A stretch of DNA of 63,623 nt, filler included, from Pelomyxa schiedti (GCA_020536535.1; 10 parts of 10 records of this genome joined end to end with filler, not necessarily neighbours in it), one strand, 5' to 3'. Numbered from the whole stretch's first letter, positions 10,917-25,000 are shown. Translations and numbers: made by a program. The notes: generated by a model not told the origin, from the letters alone.

Positions 10917-13468
10917 ATGGACCACGATGATGACGACAGCGAGGACGAGGTAATGGAACCCACGTCCAAAAGACCACGGAAGCTCCAAGCAACACGCGAG
11001 CAAGATGACGGGGATGACGTGGAGGGGGAGGACGACGAAGACGCAGTTATGGGCGCATCTATTACTACTAGTAGTACGACGAACGTCAAACCAAAAATGA
11101 GGAGGGTGGATGTTGTTGGCGCACCATCAACGACTGAGCCAGACGGTGCCGAACTTAATTGTGGGACCGGTGGTGATGGCCACGCCCCATCAAATAGCAA
11201 TTCCAATGCTAATTCTAATGCAAAATCGAACGAGGATGAAGAAGCTCAACTAACTGGTATAATTGCCCTTTTGTTGTTTGTTTGTTGCAGTAACTTAGTT
11301 TTTTAATTAGTCAGAGTTGGGGACCTTGGTGATCGTGGGTTTGATGTTCTACCTTTGGTTGAGCCCATTAGGAGATCACTGGCTGAAGACTTCAAATTCA
11401 CCACTATGACTCCGATTCAGGCTGCAACTATACCTGTGATCCTGAGAGGAAAGTGAGTGTCCGTAGGTCTGTTTATGATCACAACTTACAAGTTACACAA
11501 GGGATGTTCTGGGAAAAGCCAGCACTGGGAGTGGAAAAACTTTAGCTTTTTTGATTCCAGCTGTTCAGATGCTATACCTTGTTAAGTTTCGTCCAAGAAA
11601 CGGTACTTTCTTTGAGGTAATTCAAATCAATAACCTCACACTAGGAATTGGCGTGGTGATTCTGTCCCCTACTCGTGAACTGGCAATGCAAACATACATG
11701 GTCACCCAAGATCTCATGAAATATATGACTATGCAGACTCACTGTGTTGTATGTGGTGGTGTGGAGCGAAGCCGCGAAATAAAACAACTCATCGCAGGGC
11801 CTAGTTTACTTGTTGCTACTCTTGTATGACACCTTGATCTTTCTTTATCACCAACACTGCACTAGGGGCGTTTAACTGACCATTTAGTCCACAGCAATGA
11901 TGTTGTGTACCACAACATTAAAATGTTAGTCATTGACGAAGCTGATAAAATGTTCGATGCCAAAAACTCTCAGAGCATGAAGCAACTGTTGTCGCTTTTA
12001 CCAAAACGTATGGTTAGCGTTCTTCTTATTTTTACGTGATCAGAATACAAAAGGGAGACAAACACTCCTCTTTTCGGCATCACTCCGGTCAAACATCAGA
12101 TTCCTTGCTCGAGAGACTTTGGTGAATCCCACCTACATCAATGTGGACTCCCTTGTGGAAGAAAAAAAGGATGTTGCTCTTGTTGATACTCTGCAACAGG
12201 TGAACTAACTAACCCTAAGGTCTCAGTCCTCATCTACTTTAGGGGTATACTGTTGTTGACTTTGAAGAGCGTCTGCCACTACTGTTTTCTTTTATCAAGA
12301 AAAACGCTACCATGAAGATATTGGTCTTCTTTCATAACGCCAAAATTATATCGTTCTACATGCAGTTGTTTAACTACCTTGGGTTCTCAGAAAAAATATG
12401 GGCTTTACAAGTATCCACACCTTGTTTCATGACTGACACTAAAGTAGTGAGTAGAGTGACATGACTCAACAAGAGCGAACAAACATGTACTTCAACTTCT
12501 GCAGCAGCAGTTGTGGAACTCTACTTACCACAGATGTTGCATCGAGAGGTCTAGATATCCCAGCAGTTGACTGGGTTGTTCATTTCGATATTCCCAACAG
12601 CATCGGGGTAAGAAAAAATTGTGGTTATTATTCTCGGTCACATTGTGTTCAGGATTACTTGCACAGAGTGGGGCGTACTGCAAGGGCTGGACTTCCAGGA
12701 TGCTCGCTTTTATTGGTTCTTCCTTTTGAGATACATTTTGTGGAGTACCTCAGAATGTACAACATAAAACCCAAGAAATATGACACTGTCCCAGCTGCAC
12801 AAGAGTCCCTACAAGAAAAAGTGCGCTTCCCCTCAAAAAAAACCCGACTTTCCCGAGATTCTCATTTCAACCTAGTTGGATGAACTTGTTGGGAAATACA
12901 AGTTTTATAGGCTTGTTGCCGAGACAACATACTTCTCGTGTCTAAAGTTTTACTCCAGTAGTAACCAGGTAATTCCACAATGAAATGATATTTTCCTTAA
13001 GCGAATTACTAGAAATACTTTGAAAATACACACGCAGAGCGGCAAAAGCTGGCCCGGTCGTTTGGTCTCAAGTTGAAAGACCGGCGGAAGGCACTGACCA
13101 ACACAAAGGGCGACCCACAATTTCGCAAGACCACCGGCACCTCAACACCAACTAATCCCGGCTCCAAACTCCGCTCCAAAACCAATCCCAATCCAGCAAA
13201 GCCAAAGAAGGACCTCAGGAAACCCTCTGCGCCGTTCAGAAACCCAAAAAAGACCACAACGACAACATCGTCAACGCGGCCGCAACAAAACCACCAACAA
13301 CCACACACAAACACACGCCGTCAAACTCCCAAACAAGCCCAGTCACACGCACATGCACGCACCACTGCATCATCACCAGTACCACCACCCCCTCAAAGCA
13401 GAGTGAGTGGTAAACTCAGGGCACTTGTGGCCACCCGTTTGGCTGAGGAATCTCACTCCATGTTCTGA
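10917..13468 (+). CDS. DEAD-box RNA helicase, HAS1/DDX18-like, multi-exon
   Basis: MTPIQ Q-motif, [57 protein letters not shown]; acidic N-terminus and basic tail. Confidence 0.9.
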
Positions 13469-13712
13469 ATTGCAAATGCAAAACAGCGAGGGTAGGGAGA
13501 ATCCTCTGTGTACAGAGGATTCCCCCTCCAACTTGGGTAGATAAATCGGGCCATTCACAAGAAAACAATTATTCCCCGTTTGGAATTGAAGATGCACGTT
13601 CTAGTACGATCTGCAAGCTCAGAATTGATGGCCGCGGAAATCAACCGGCGGGAACACAACCGGCAAACTACATCCATCACAAAAACAATCCAACCTGCAA
13701 CCCAACACAACA

Positions 13713-15868
13713 ATGACAAGCACAACAACCACAACAACAACAAGAAGCGCCAGCAGCAACGTGGCTCAAGTTGATGCCATTGAGGCCTGTCTCATGACCA
13801 CAGGCTGGACAATGGTACGATTGCTTGCTTTCCCCCCTTTTTGCTGTGTGAAATGAAGCAAAAAGCCCTTATGCATAAGATGACATACCATACCATTCCA
13901 GGAGAAGTGTGCCAACTGCGGGGCAGCCAATGCGACCCTAAGGTGCATCACTGACCTTGTGAACCTCTGTCCCAAGTGCAATGAGGATTTGCATGCCAAT
14001 CCGATACAAAAGGCGCACCGTAGGGTGCCCATTGAGGACTCTGCACCCAATTGCAATGTGCACAACGCCAGGATGGATTTCTTCTGTCTCGACTGCGTGG
14101 TATCTTCTCGTCCCTCGATAGTATTCAGTAAATCTATGTAAACTATTTATGGTAAATTTTCTCGCAATTGCTTAAGAATTTGAAACCTTAGGCTCTGTGC
14201 TGCATGGCATGTAGAGAGCAAAGTCACCATGGGCACACTGTGGTATTCACAATTTCCACACTCCTTTCTTTTACCAAGTATGGTGAAGGTTTCTTGGCGC
14301 TCATACATGTCTGAAAGGAAGCAAGATATACGCGCCAACTTGGCAACGGCGGTGAAGAATTTACAAGGGCGTGGCACAGAATTATACGCTGCGGCTGAAG
14401 ATCTAGCCAGCAAGGGCGCAACAGCCAGGAAGGAACTCTCTGCTACACTTGGGCCACTGCAGTGGGCAATTCAAGAAAGAACAACTCAACTTGGTGAGCA
14501 ATTGACGGCAATGCTAACTGAAAAGGGGGAGCGAATAAGACAGATTTCCAGTATTTTCTTTCATCTGAGTGTGGTAAACTGATTAATATGCTTGCAGTGG
14601 ATGCATATACCCTTGCAGAACGTGCGGAGTCACAGATGGCAAATGAAAGTGCAAGTGCAAGCGAGGTAATTGTTTAACCATTGCCGCCTTTTGAATTCTC
14701 ATTCAAGTCCTAGCTTGCCGCATTACTGAACCAAATTGAAAACCTATGCCATTTGCCTATTCCCCCTTCACAGGTCTCGTTTGCATCAATCCCAAATACA
14801 CAGGTTTTACCCAACCTCCAACACTCACCACTGATGAAAAATGTAGGCCCTGCCCCTAATTACCAAACTTGGGTGCCTCACCGACATTTCTGGAATTGCT
14901 CTGACAGTGACCGCCGTTTCTAGTAGCACAATAACGGTTCAATGGCCCGCAGATGCTGCACAGCGGTAGTACCTATTTACTTCCACTGTGTTTAACAAAG
15001 GAAATTCAGACAAGTAGAGGTTCAAATTGCTGATGGTGTTCAAGAGGATACTGAAGTCACTCAAATCCATTTCTCAAGGTCAATCTTCTGTGTGACTCCG
15101 GAGTGTATGATCCCCTGGAATAACTCCCCAATTATCGCTGTCAGAGCTCGGGTCAGTGCATTGGATATACTGGGTCCTTGGGGGGACACTATGATTCTAT
15201 CTTCATCGGGAGGGGGAAAGGTTCTATTCACTGAGCCTGGAATTCATTCATTCATAGGTACGTGCCCCTTATTACAACTATTTATTGCAATAATAAATCT
15301 CATTCACTCGCAGTGCCAACTGGAGTGTCCTCCGTGGATGCAATTGTCATTGGAGGCGGCAACGGGGGGTATGGTCACGATCAGACTGCTGGCGGGAACT
15401 CCATGTTTGGTGGATATGCACAAGCAGCCGGGGGTGGAACTTCAAACGAAACAAGACCAGCAACTGCCTCGCTCACTGGAAGCGGAGCTAAACTCTGTGA
15501 AATAGCACTAAAGTGAGTATATCCCCATCTCTTTCCTTTCCACAGTGACACCCAACTCAACAACCAAAGGCTCATGGAACGTGGAAAATTTGGTGAAGCC
15601 GGAACCCAATTTGTTGCACGCGGTGCATACACTGCACTGTCAGGCCTCAGGGTATGTGCATTATCATCATCATGTCCACCTTTTTTCTCCACAATAGTAC
15701 ACCCTAACCAAGCTAACCAACATATCTTTCTCTCATCAGGTGACACCAGGGGAGAGTGTCAAGGTTGTGGTCGGCCGGGGTGGCCAGGGTGGTTCTGAAG
15801 ATCAGTATGTCGCTCCAAGTGGCCGCACTGGCTTGGTTGCTGTGTCTTGGGGTGGAATGTCACTCTGA
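13713..15868 (+). CDS. TRIM-like protein: 2 B-boxes + coiled coil + FN3-like + glycine-rich C-terminal domain, multi-exon
   Basis: CANC...CITD..LCPKC...H.....H (B-box1) and CNVH....FFCLDC..LCCMAC....HHGH (B-box2); coiled coil ~14290-14660; FN3-like LTVTAVSSSTITVQW; FTEPGIHSFIVPTGVSSVDAIVIGGG...VTPGESVKVVVGRGG. Confidence 0.72.
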
Positions 15869-16083
15869 TTATTGAATGGTTTGTGGATTGTAATGTATGA
15901 ATGGAATTCGAGGATTAGTTTTGACGAGTTATTCACTTGTTGGCCACAAAGTGGGAGGGTGGTTTGAGGTATATCAAAAAGTGTTTTATTCCGTTTAAAT
16001 CACATATTTGTGGTTACAGTTTGTTGGTGTTGGTATTGGTATGTGCAATGGTGTGTGGCGTGTGTGTTTGTTTGAGTTTGGCT

Positions 16084-19000
16084 TTAGTGGCGTTGTGAGA
16101 GTACTGGCTGTTGTTGTGACTGTTGGACTTGTTGTTGCTGCTGCAGGTTGATGTTTTGTTGGCGTAGGAATGTGGTGAGGAGCTCTTTTTCCGCGTCGCT
16201 GTGGCAGTAGAACAGCAGCGACCGGTCCGATGTGTGTATTTCGAAGGCGTCGTGTAGGTCTTTCCGCAACGCGGCTGGGATGTTGTTAGCTGGCTGGTTA
16301 ATACAGGGAAGAAAAGGGAGAGTACCGGCTTGTGCGTCGGTCATGTCTTTGACCCTCGCGTCAGCAATGCTGATTACGTTTCGTAAAGCGTACTTGGTTT
16401 TGTGGAAATGCACCACCTCCTTGGTTACGATAAGGAGGTCATTCATGAGGAAGAAGTGGCGCTTTCTCAGTGCACAATTTCGGGCAACATCAACAAAGCC
16501 AAAATCTCCTTCACTGTTGCACAAGGTAAGAATTCAGCTTGAGTGTGGAAATGAAAAGTACCGCACAAAGAACCGGTCCGGAGAACTTGTGAGTTCCTGT
16601 TAATTTAGTTAAATGGGTTGTATTGCATCTGAGAAAAGGTACTTTCAGTTTGGGTTTTATCTTGGAGCCGATCGTGACAAGCGTTTTCACTCGCGCTCGT
16701 TCATTCTCTTCAGCCCCTTGCTTTGTATTGAGAGCCCTACAGAGACCTTCCAATTCAACTAATGTTAGCTCCACACTAAAGAAAGAATTAGAAACTTTAT
16801 ACATTCTTTTGTTTAAAAAAAACGAGGGAAAATCTATGACACACTTAGTTCTGTCAGGGTGTCCGTCTGGTGTCCAGTCTTTCAACGCCTAAAACAGTTA
16901 AGGCCTTTTTTTTCGGAATATGCAAAACCTTTAAGAGCAACATATAACGTGGGGCGCGCTGTACTGGCAAAATTGCCAGAGATTGGTATGTGTTCCCAGA
17001 GTGGCTGTCATCCCAGAACTGTGATCTTTGCTTCAGAAAAAGAAGTTTTAGAAAGAAGGTCATACTTGACGCTCGCTTGCCTGCATGCAAAAGAAAAGTT
17101 ACTCTACAAAGAAACAATAAAATAGGGAGGAATACTTCGACAAACTTCTTAAATCCTGCATTTCTCTCTTGAAGTTGCATGAAATAATCAAAAACTACAG
17201 GGAATGAAGTGGTGTAGTTACTACGAAATGCAGAAAAGTAAGTGGTACACGTGTAAAAGGGTCTTTACCTATAAAGTTCTAACATTTGCGGAGTGGCCTG
17301 TGGGTTTACTTTTACTTACAGCCTAGCAACAGAAAATACTTACGAGGTTTTTCAGTAGTATATCGCCAATGAGACTACCCACATGCCAATGATCAACAGT
17401 GTCTTTCAGGAGGTTCAAGACTTTTTTATTATTTGTCAAGATCCCCTCAAGTTGAGAAAATATTTGAAAGATATCATCAACGCTGATAATAGGTCTTCCT
17501 GCTTCAAGACTTTTTCGTAGCGGAGTAACAAAAATCTAAGTGGATCGTTTGTCAAGATGCCAACTTGCTTTTGTCATACAGATATTATTTTGGAAATGGT
17601 GTCAACATAAGTTACTTCAGTGGTATAGAGTTCACGAACGACACGGCGACGCATAACTGCTTAAGGTCATTACAAGAAACATTGAAGTGAAACAAACCTT
17701 CAATTTTATACCATCTCCTGATTTTTTTCCCTCTCCAACGAGCCTGTAAGATGGCGGCCGCTTCTTCTCGAGTAAGATTCCTTGCAGGCTTAATTGCTCT
17801 ACATAAACGTCAGATAAGAGTTGTATAAACCTTTCTTACTTGGGTTTTAGAGGGACAACCGAGATGTCACGAAATATGTTTCCTTGAGTGGCTGGGGCCA
17901 CTGCCCCACTGAGATCAACTAAGGTTGTGGTTGACGGTGGTGATGCTGGAGATGCTCTGGAAGCGACTGATGTGGTGGAGTCATCTTTCCTTGGAGAATT
18001 CGGTTGGGACTTCCCCTTTACAGCAGCTGCACTCTTTGGGGTGTGTGATGTTTCATCTTTGGAAGGTAAGTAAAAGAAGTACAAAAAAGGAGGCTAACCA
18101 GGTGTTTTGCTCCGCTTATCGACTTGGACTATTGAAGTTGTGTTAGAATTGGAAGATTGACCGTCATTATGGTACCTGGGGCCAGTGAAGAAGTTGATTT
18201 TATATCATCACTTAGCAAGTCAATCTAAATTATTATTAAAGGTATTTTTTTTGAGAATGGGATTCACTGAAGAGTGATGCCCAGTGCCCGAGCTCAATTG
18301 TTTGAAAGACAAATCCACTGGGATAGGTTCACCATCAGGCAGAAGCAGAGGTGGTTGGCTGGGAGGTTGAGTGACCATCTTGACTGGGGAAATTGGCTTA
18401 GATTGAAGTTCAACAGGTGGTGATGAAGTTGGACTTGGAGTGTGCTGGGCTGGTTGTGACGTTTTATTGTCTGCTGGGGAAGGCACGTTCTTTTGGGGAA
18501 CTGAGTCAGAAATTGTTTTCTTCTCCACCCCACTGGGCTTGAGTTGAGGGTGTGTCGCTTGAAGTTGTTGTGTTGGGTTATGAATGTGAAGAGGTTTGGT
18601 TTCTACTATTTGATGTAGTTGGACTGGCGCGTGTTCTGGGGTACGAACAGGCGTTTGCTCTGGGTGGCGTGCTTGTTGAGTAGGAGCTGAGCTGTTGGGA
18701 GAAGTTGCCGCATGTGAATGCGTTGGGGGTTGCTCAGAGTGTGTCTTAGGTGCTGGTGTGGTGATTTGAGTTGAAGAGAGTTGGGATTGAATGTGCGGGT
18801 GCTGGTCCGCATTTCTTTGGGGAACTTCAAACAGAGCAGAGGGGGAAACAAGTTCCGATTTTGTAGAGTGCCAGTCGTCAACATGGACAGCTTGAGGAGG
18901 GTGAGTATTATCCAAAAGAATTAGAACTTTACCAAGAACCTGCTCAGAGGGAAAAGAAAAGTGGCAAATAGGGCATTCCACTTCACTCCATGCAGGAAAA

Positions 19001-20920
19001 TTAGCGAAAGATACAGTGTTATTTACAGCTGCCGTTGGCGCATTTCCAATACCCACAGAAGGTGTGGTTGTCGTGGTGTTTGTAGTCTGAGGCACAGACG
19101 TTGGGAATCTGACATTTGTTGCCGTTCTGCGAAGTTCGTTTTCTTTTCGGAGTCTGTTGACTTCTTCTCGTATAGATCTGTTTGTACAGTCAAAAAGGAA
19201 ATTGAAAGAAAGGTGTGTACATTTTCTTGTGCACATCGGGTTTGTCAGCCATTTTTTTCAATGCAGGTTGCTGTAATTGTTGCTTCCGGGTGACTCCAGA
19301 AAGCATTGGTGGTGGTACCAATTTTACTTAATTTAATTATGTAAGTTCGTGAAGTAAAAGGGTGAGGAAATCACCTGGTGTCTTAGTATCAAGTGATGCT
19401 GGGGTTTGTGGTGCCGCTGGTGTTGGCACTTTTGTTGGTTGCTTTTGCGGAATAGATGAGTTTGCAGGTGTTTGTGGTAACAGCAATAGAGAAGGAGGTG
19501 ATGAAGAGGCCTTGGGAGATTGGCTCAACGTCGAAGTATGTGGAAGTTCGGTGGTGCTTGAATTTGATGTCGGAAAAGGGATTGGTTTTGGGGTGGATTG
19601 TTGTAAATTTATGTCTTCTGGTGATATTCTGGGATTCCCGAGAACTGGTGGTGGGGAGATAGAGCGTTGTTTGCTTGGAGAACTATCTGGTGTACTTGTA
19701 ATTGCAACAGGTATGAAAGCCGATGGAATAGGTCCCGTAACGGAATTGGACCGTTTTCTGGTGGGAGCAGGCTGTGGTGGGGTCTGTAAGCTTGGAGAGG
19801 CACGTGCACTGTCATTTTTAGTATCACTGTTGGCTATCTCAGGGTTGCTCTTGGAGTTGGTTGCCGTTGGGGTGTGGACAGGGAAGGAGAAATCTTTATT
19901 CAACTGAGCTTGAGTTGGGATCGATGGCGATCGCCTATGTGCAATTTTACTGGAAACATTGCCTGGTGGAGACTGAAGGGGAACAAAAGCGGAGACACCC
20001 GATGTGGTGGAAGGATCAATCTTCATGGGAATTGGCTTGTTACCAGAGGAGGGGTAACTTGGAAGGGTTGTTGGAGTTCCTTCAGAGAAATGTGTGGGTG
20101 CCAGTACTGATATTAGATTCGATTGCTTTTGAAGCGGGGGAGTGGCAATAACTGCCGGTGTAGTAGAGGTGGTAGCTGATTGTCGAAAACTACTGGCAAA
20201 GAGATTGAATGGATCAAAGTCTGATTCACCTAGCAACTGGGTGGTTGGCATAGGGGGAACATAATGTTGTACTTGGACGACTGGAGTGGGTGATGGGTTG
20301 AGAGATGGTAACGGAGAGCGTGGCTGAGAGGATGAACCTGGGGTTTGGCTCAGTGCTATTGGGAGAGAGTTTGAGAGGGAAGTAAAATATGGCGATTGGA
20401 TTGGTTGTACAGAAACAGGTACTGCCGATGGTATAGGAGATATTGCGACGGTATGGTTGAAAGGCACAGAAGGTATTTGTGAGGGTGCAGGGAGAGAGGT
20501 GTGTAGTGATGTAAAAACTGGTGGTATAACGGGTGCGTGATAAGCAACACTGAAGCTGTTGGACCTCACCTCAGAGGCAACACCTGTATTGTGATATTGC
20601 AACATGCCAGAGGAGTCCAGCGAGTGCTTTTGATGCTGAAGCAGCAACAAGTTTCCTGGTGGAATTTTCTGTTGCTGCTGCAGCAGGTACTGCTGAATCT
20701 GCTGCTGCTGATACAAAAGTTGTAATTGTTGCTGTTGCTGTTGCTGCTGTTGCTGCTGCGCCAGCATAACTTCGTCTTGTATAGTCTTGAAGGTCTCGGC
20801 GTTACTCCAGTAATCTTTTCTGCTCCCGCTGCTGCTTGTAAGGCTTGGCGAGACCGCGGGTGATGGCGGTTTTTCTTTTATACACGCGTTTGAAAACCAT
20901 GAATCAGAATTGTTGAACAA
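16084..20920 (-). CDS. DH-PH RhoGEF with a long Q/P/S-rich N-terminus and an internal C2H2 finger, multi-exon
   Basis: DH motifs RRRVVRELYTTEVTYV, IFSQLEGIL and LAILPVQRAPRYMLLLK; PH motifs RHFFLMNDLLIVTK and FEIHTSDRSL. Start probably slightly upstream. Confidence 0.85.
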
Positions 20921-21331
20921 CTGGCTTGCATCAGCTGCCTATTCGTGAATAAACAGGTTAACGGTGTTACATGGATATTAATATAGAGTAGGATCTCCGC
21001 CGTGTGAAGATCCCACTACGCTTCAATTTATATTTTTTTGGTGTTTGTTTGCGCAAACAGACGCGCCTTGTTGGTGCTCATCACCTTGGTTTTTTTTGAT
21101 TTAATTTTTGCCTACCGCATTTTCCTTTGAAGGATAGAACCACCTTTTTGAAGTCTCGGAAGCACGGAAGCAGGTGTCCTGACTCCGAACTACCTTGACA
21201 TCTGAGTCACTGTAAGAGTGGTGGTCTAGGAGAGGGACGTTGTGGACTGAATAGTGTTGCTGTTCTCATATGTTTGTGTTTGCTTATATAACAACTTTGT
21301 CTTAACTATTTACACGATACAGAGGGGGTTT

Positions 21332-21431
21332 NNNNNNNNNNNNNNNNNNNNNNNNNNNNNNNNNNNNNNNNNNNNTTAATTAATTAANNNNNNNNNNNNN
21401 NNNNNNNNNNNNNNNNNNNNNNNNNNNNNNN
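21332..21431. other. Artificial contig spacer N44-TTAATTAATTAA-N44 (first of nine)
   Basis: Identical 100-bp six-frame-stop linkers also at 25645-25744, 28957-29056, 41795-41894, 46130-46229, 51403-51502, 53405-53504, 61085-61184 and 62520-62619. Confidence 0.98.
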
Positions 21432-21638
21432 CTTCCCCTCTCCATTGTTTGTTGTTGACGGTGCAGGCGCTGCTTTGGTTGTGATAATGTTTGCTGTAGT
21501 CGCCGCAGCCGTGGGAGTAGGGGTCATTAAAACAAACTCCCCCAGGCCTGGCGTTGGCTCGTGTGGTTTTGTTTTTTCTGAACCGCCAAACGAGCCCCGC
21601 ATCTTGTTGGCAACAACAAAAATGATGAGTTCTGCCAT
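21432..21638 (-). CDS. 5' fragment of a gene cut by the contig end (T/A/P-rich N-terminus)
   Basis: Open frame MAELIIF/MRGSFGG...TTNNGEGK running into the spacer. Confidence 0.35.
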
Positions 21639-21639
21639 T

Positions 21640-21944
21640 CTAGTGCAGATCTCGGTCAGTGTGACGTGATGAAAGGAGAAGCGGAGCAGTGGAACTGGCA
21701 ACAGCAGAAGCAGCAAGGCTGTGTATGAAAGGAGAGAGGGAGGACAGCCACTGCGTGATGCAGTCAGTCACTTGGTCGTCGGTCACAACGGTGGTGGTGG
21801 TGCATGATGACGATTGCCCGCGATGGGTTCGGGTGATTTCGCGGATGGCCACTGATGTGCAACAACATCGCAGGAGCTGAACAATCACTGTGAACGGAGC
21901 CCGGTTCCTCTCTGTTGAATTGGTGAGAAGCTGATTTGGTGATT

Positions 21945-22002
<58 letters not shown>

Positions 22003-25000
22003 GAGAATTGAGAGGCATGACTGAACAACAGTGAACATGAGGTCCCCCGCTGTTTCTGGCAATGCCGTTGTTGTTGTTCCACACGACGATGTCAAGAGCG
22101 GCGATTCGGGAGAGTGTGTGAAATAGTTCACGGCAGCAAGACCGGCGTTCCTCCTGCTCAGACAGTGTGCAATCGCTGACTCTCCGGCTTCAGGGCACAG
22201 CCTCCGCACCTCTTTTGTGTGTTTGTGTTTGTGTTGATTCAGTGACAAATTAAATTACTCTTTTCTATAAGCTTATTTCATTTGGATAGTAATTTATATA
22301 CTCTAATTATTAATATTGTTAAATAAAGAGAAGCAAGAAAACCAGCAACGTCGGGAGGTGAAAGGGTCTGCATTTGTTCACCAAAGAAGTTAAGCTGGGA
22401 ACAAATAGGAAGCTTGTCAAGGGTGGAATCAACAATATCACCATTGATCATCTCAGCCAGGAGCATTCCGAAGCCCCACAAATCACCTATTTTTGTTGTC
22501 GTTCAGACGGGAGCGAAGAAAGAAGGAAGAAGGCACCCTCAATTGCGTAGTTGTTTGTGAACATCTGTGGTGCCATGTGGACCATGGTTCCGGGAACAAT
22601 GGTTTGTGGACCACTCTTCAGGGTTTGCGGGTTCATTCCACGTGATACTCCTGTTGGTTGGCATGTATCAGTCAGCAAAAGAAAGAAATAATTGTGATTG
22701 GTACTGAACACACACCGAAGTCACAAATCTTTGGAACTCCATTCGAGTCAAAAAGAACATTGTTGCTGCTCAAATCTCGGTGCATGATGTTCTGCCTGTT
22801 GTGAGTGATAAGTAGTTGTTTGTTGCATTTACATCACACCTGTGGAGGCTGTCCATTCCATTGGCAACGCCAAGTGAGATGGAGATCAATTGTTTGAAGT
22901 CAAGTCGTTGCTGCATTGAATCACTCCTCACATGCCTCAGAAGCTGTCTGAGACTGCAACCCATGAGCTCAGAAACAATCAACAGTTTCCCTGATATTGT
23001 TGTGCAGATCCCAAGGCACTTCACAATGTTGGGGTGCCTCAATCCACTCACGATCTGTGCGTTTGTGTAAGTTTGATCTGGGGTGAAATCAAAGTGGCAA
23101 AGGAAAACCTCAGCTTCCAATCTGAATCTTTCATCGTTGTGTGGTGATGTGATGGCCTCAAAAAGTGTTTTCACAGCAACTTCCTTTGATGATGGCGTGT
23201 GGATACACTTGTAAACAGTCCCGTAACACCCGCTCCCCAGTGTGGAAACAAGGCTCAGCTCTGACTCCGCGATTGCCATCACTGGTTTCATTCTCACCTT
23301 TAGTTGTGCCACAGTTGTTCCTTTTGTTTTGTTGGAATGGATGGAAAACAGGAACAATAAACCTGGTGAAGAGGTGGATTGTGGGAGAAGAGAGGACAAC
23401 GTTGATGAAGTATCAGAGAGTAACACCTCTGCCTGTGTATCACCAACCAAAGAGACAACCTGTTGGTTCTCATCCACTCCAAAACGTTTCTCAACTTCAA
23501 TCTTCACAGCCTATCTTGAAAGGTTTCTTTTGAAAGAAATTGTTGGCTGGACATAAGGGTTACCTTGTCAAGAGGGCACGTGATGCAAAAGGAGTCATGA
23601 AACGTGAGGTCCTGTCTTTCCAGTGTGATTGAAACTTCCTTCATAATACACCTGTTGCGCGCGTTTTCTGAGCTTGTTTTCCCCCACATTCCCTTTTGAA
23701 GGTGCTGCAATACATGTTCAAAATCTGAGGTTTGTGAGTTATGCCTGATTATTAAGGGAAAATAAGTAAAACATACAATCCTCTTGATCCTTGCACTGTT
23801 TTGTGTGTAGCCCCATCACTTTTTTTGTTTGCAGAGAGTTGGAATTAAGTTAACGCCTTAATTTGAGAAAAACTTCTGCGGCACACATTCAGATTGGTCA
23901 TCAAAGTCATTTTGAAGAACTTGCAGCTCATCCTTTGTTCTCCTTGCCTCCTTCAACGCTTCTTCTTTCTCTTTCAACAATTGTTCCATCTTGTTGTTTA
24001 ACTCCTTTATTTGAATATTCGTAACTGTTATAAATTAATCATGTTATTATAATGTTGAAAACCTCTCATACTGGTTTTTTGTTCTTCAAGCTCACTCTGA
24101 ACACATTGAAGATCTTCCAAAGTTCTTGTTGCTCGCAACAAGGCCTGTTGTTTTTCATGGGACTGTTGTTCAAATTTACCTTTGAGCTCCTTGAGTTCTG
24201 TTTCCAAATTTTTTGCTTTTTCCTATGTTTCTATGTTGGTTCGCAAAACAAAAAGTCAAAAAACGTACCTCCAATTGAATGTCACCGCATCCAATGTTGC
24301 AGGGGTCACCTCTTCCACCGCCACATTGTGTCTCATGGAAAACACTCTCTTCGAAAGTTCCAACAAGTGTGATTGTCTTTGTGGCAGAAAGCCCATGACT
24401 CCTGAACGTGGCTGTGCCTTCCCCACAACCACCATTCGCTGCGAATTTGCCAGTGAACTCATCGCCGTTCGGCCACCTCTTTGTTCCTGACTTGATCACA
24501 CCCATCTCCCAGACCCCAGCGATTGAAGTCCCATCATGTGCCCACGTTTTCGTGCCTGGCCCATGCTCCTTGCCACACTCCCAATCTCCCTCGTATCTCG
24601 TCCCATCACTCCAAATCCTGACGCCCCTCCCATGGAACACGTCATCCTTCCATTCTCCGACGTAACTCCCTCCTCCATTGTCATCGCCAAACATCATCCT
24701 CCCCGTTCCGCTCCTCTTGCCGTGGTCAAACTGGCCGTGGTAGATGTCACCCGACCCATCAGGCGGCACCCACGTCCCCCTGCCGTGCCACTTATGTCCA
24801 TCCCACTCCCCCTCATACACCGTTTGTTCCACTGTCCCTGTTCTCGCCCCAGATTGCTCCTCATGCGTGACACTTGCCCTGCACATGAGATTGTTCTCCC
24901 TCCCCCTCCTCCTCCTCTGCACACCCCACCCCTGCATCTCGTGCCTTTTCCTCTCTTCGCTCCACACCCACTCCCCGTCCATCGTCGTCGTCCCTGCGCC

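Noticed and set aside
6140-12460. U12-type introns suggested by GTATCC donors (~6140 and ~12411)
   Set aside because: Both read GTATCCAC rather than GTATCCTT and have ordinary CTRAC branch points.
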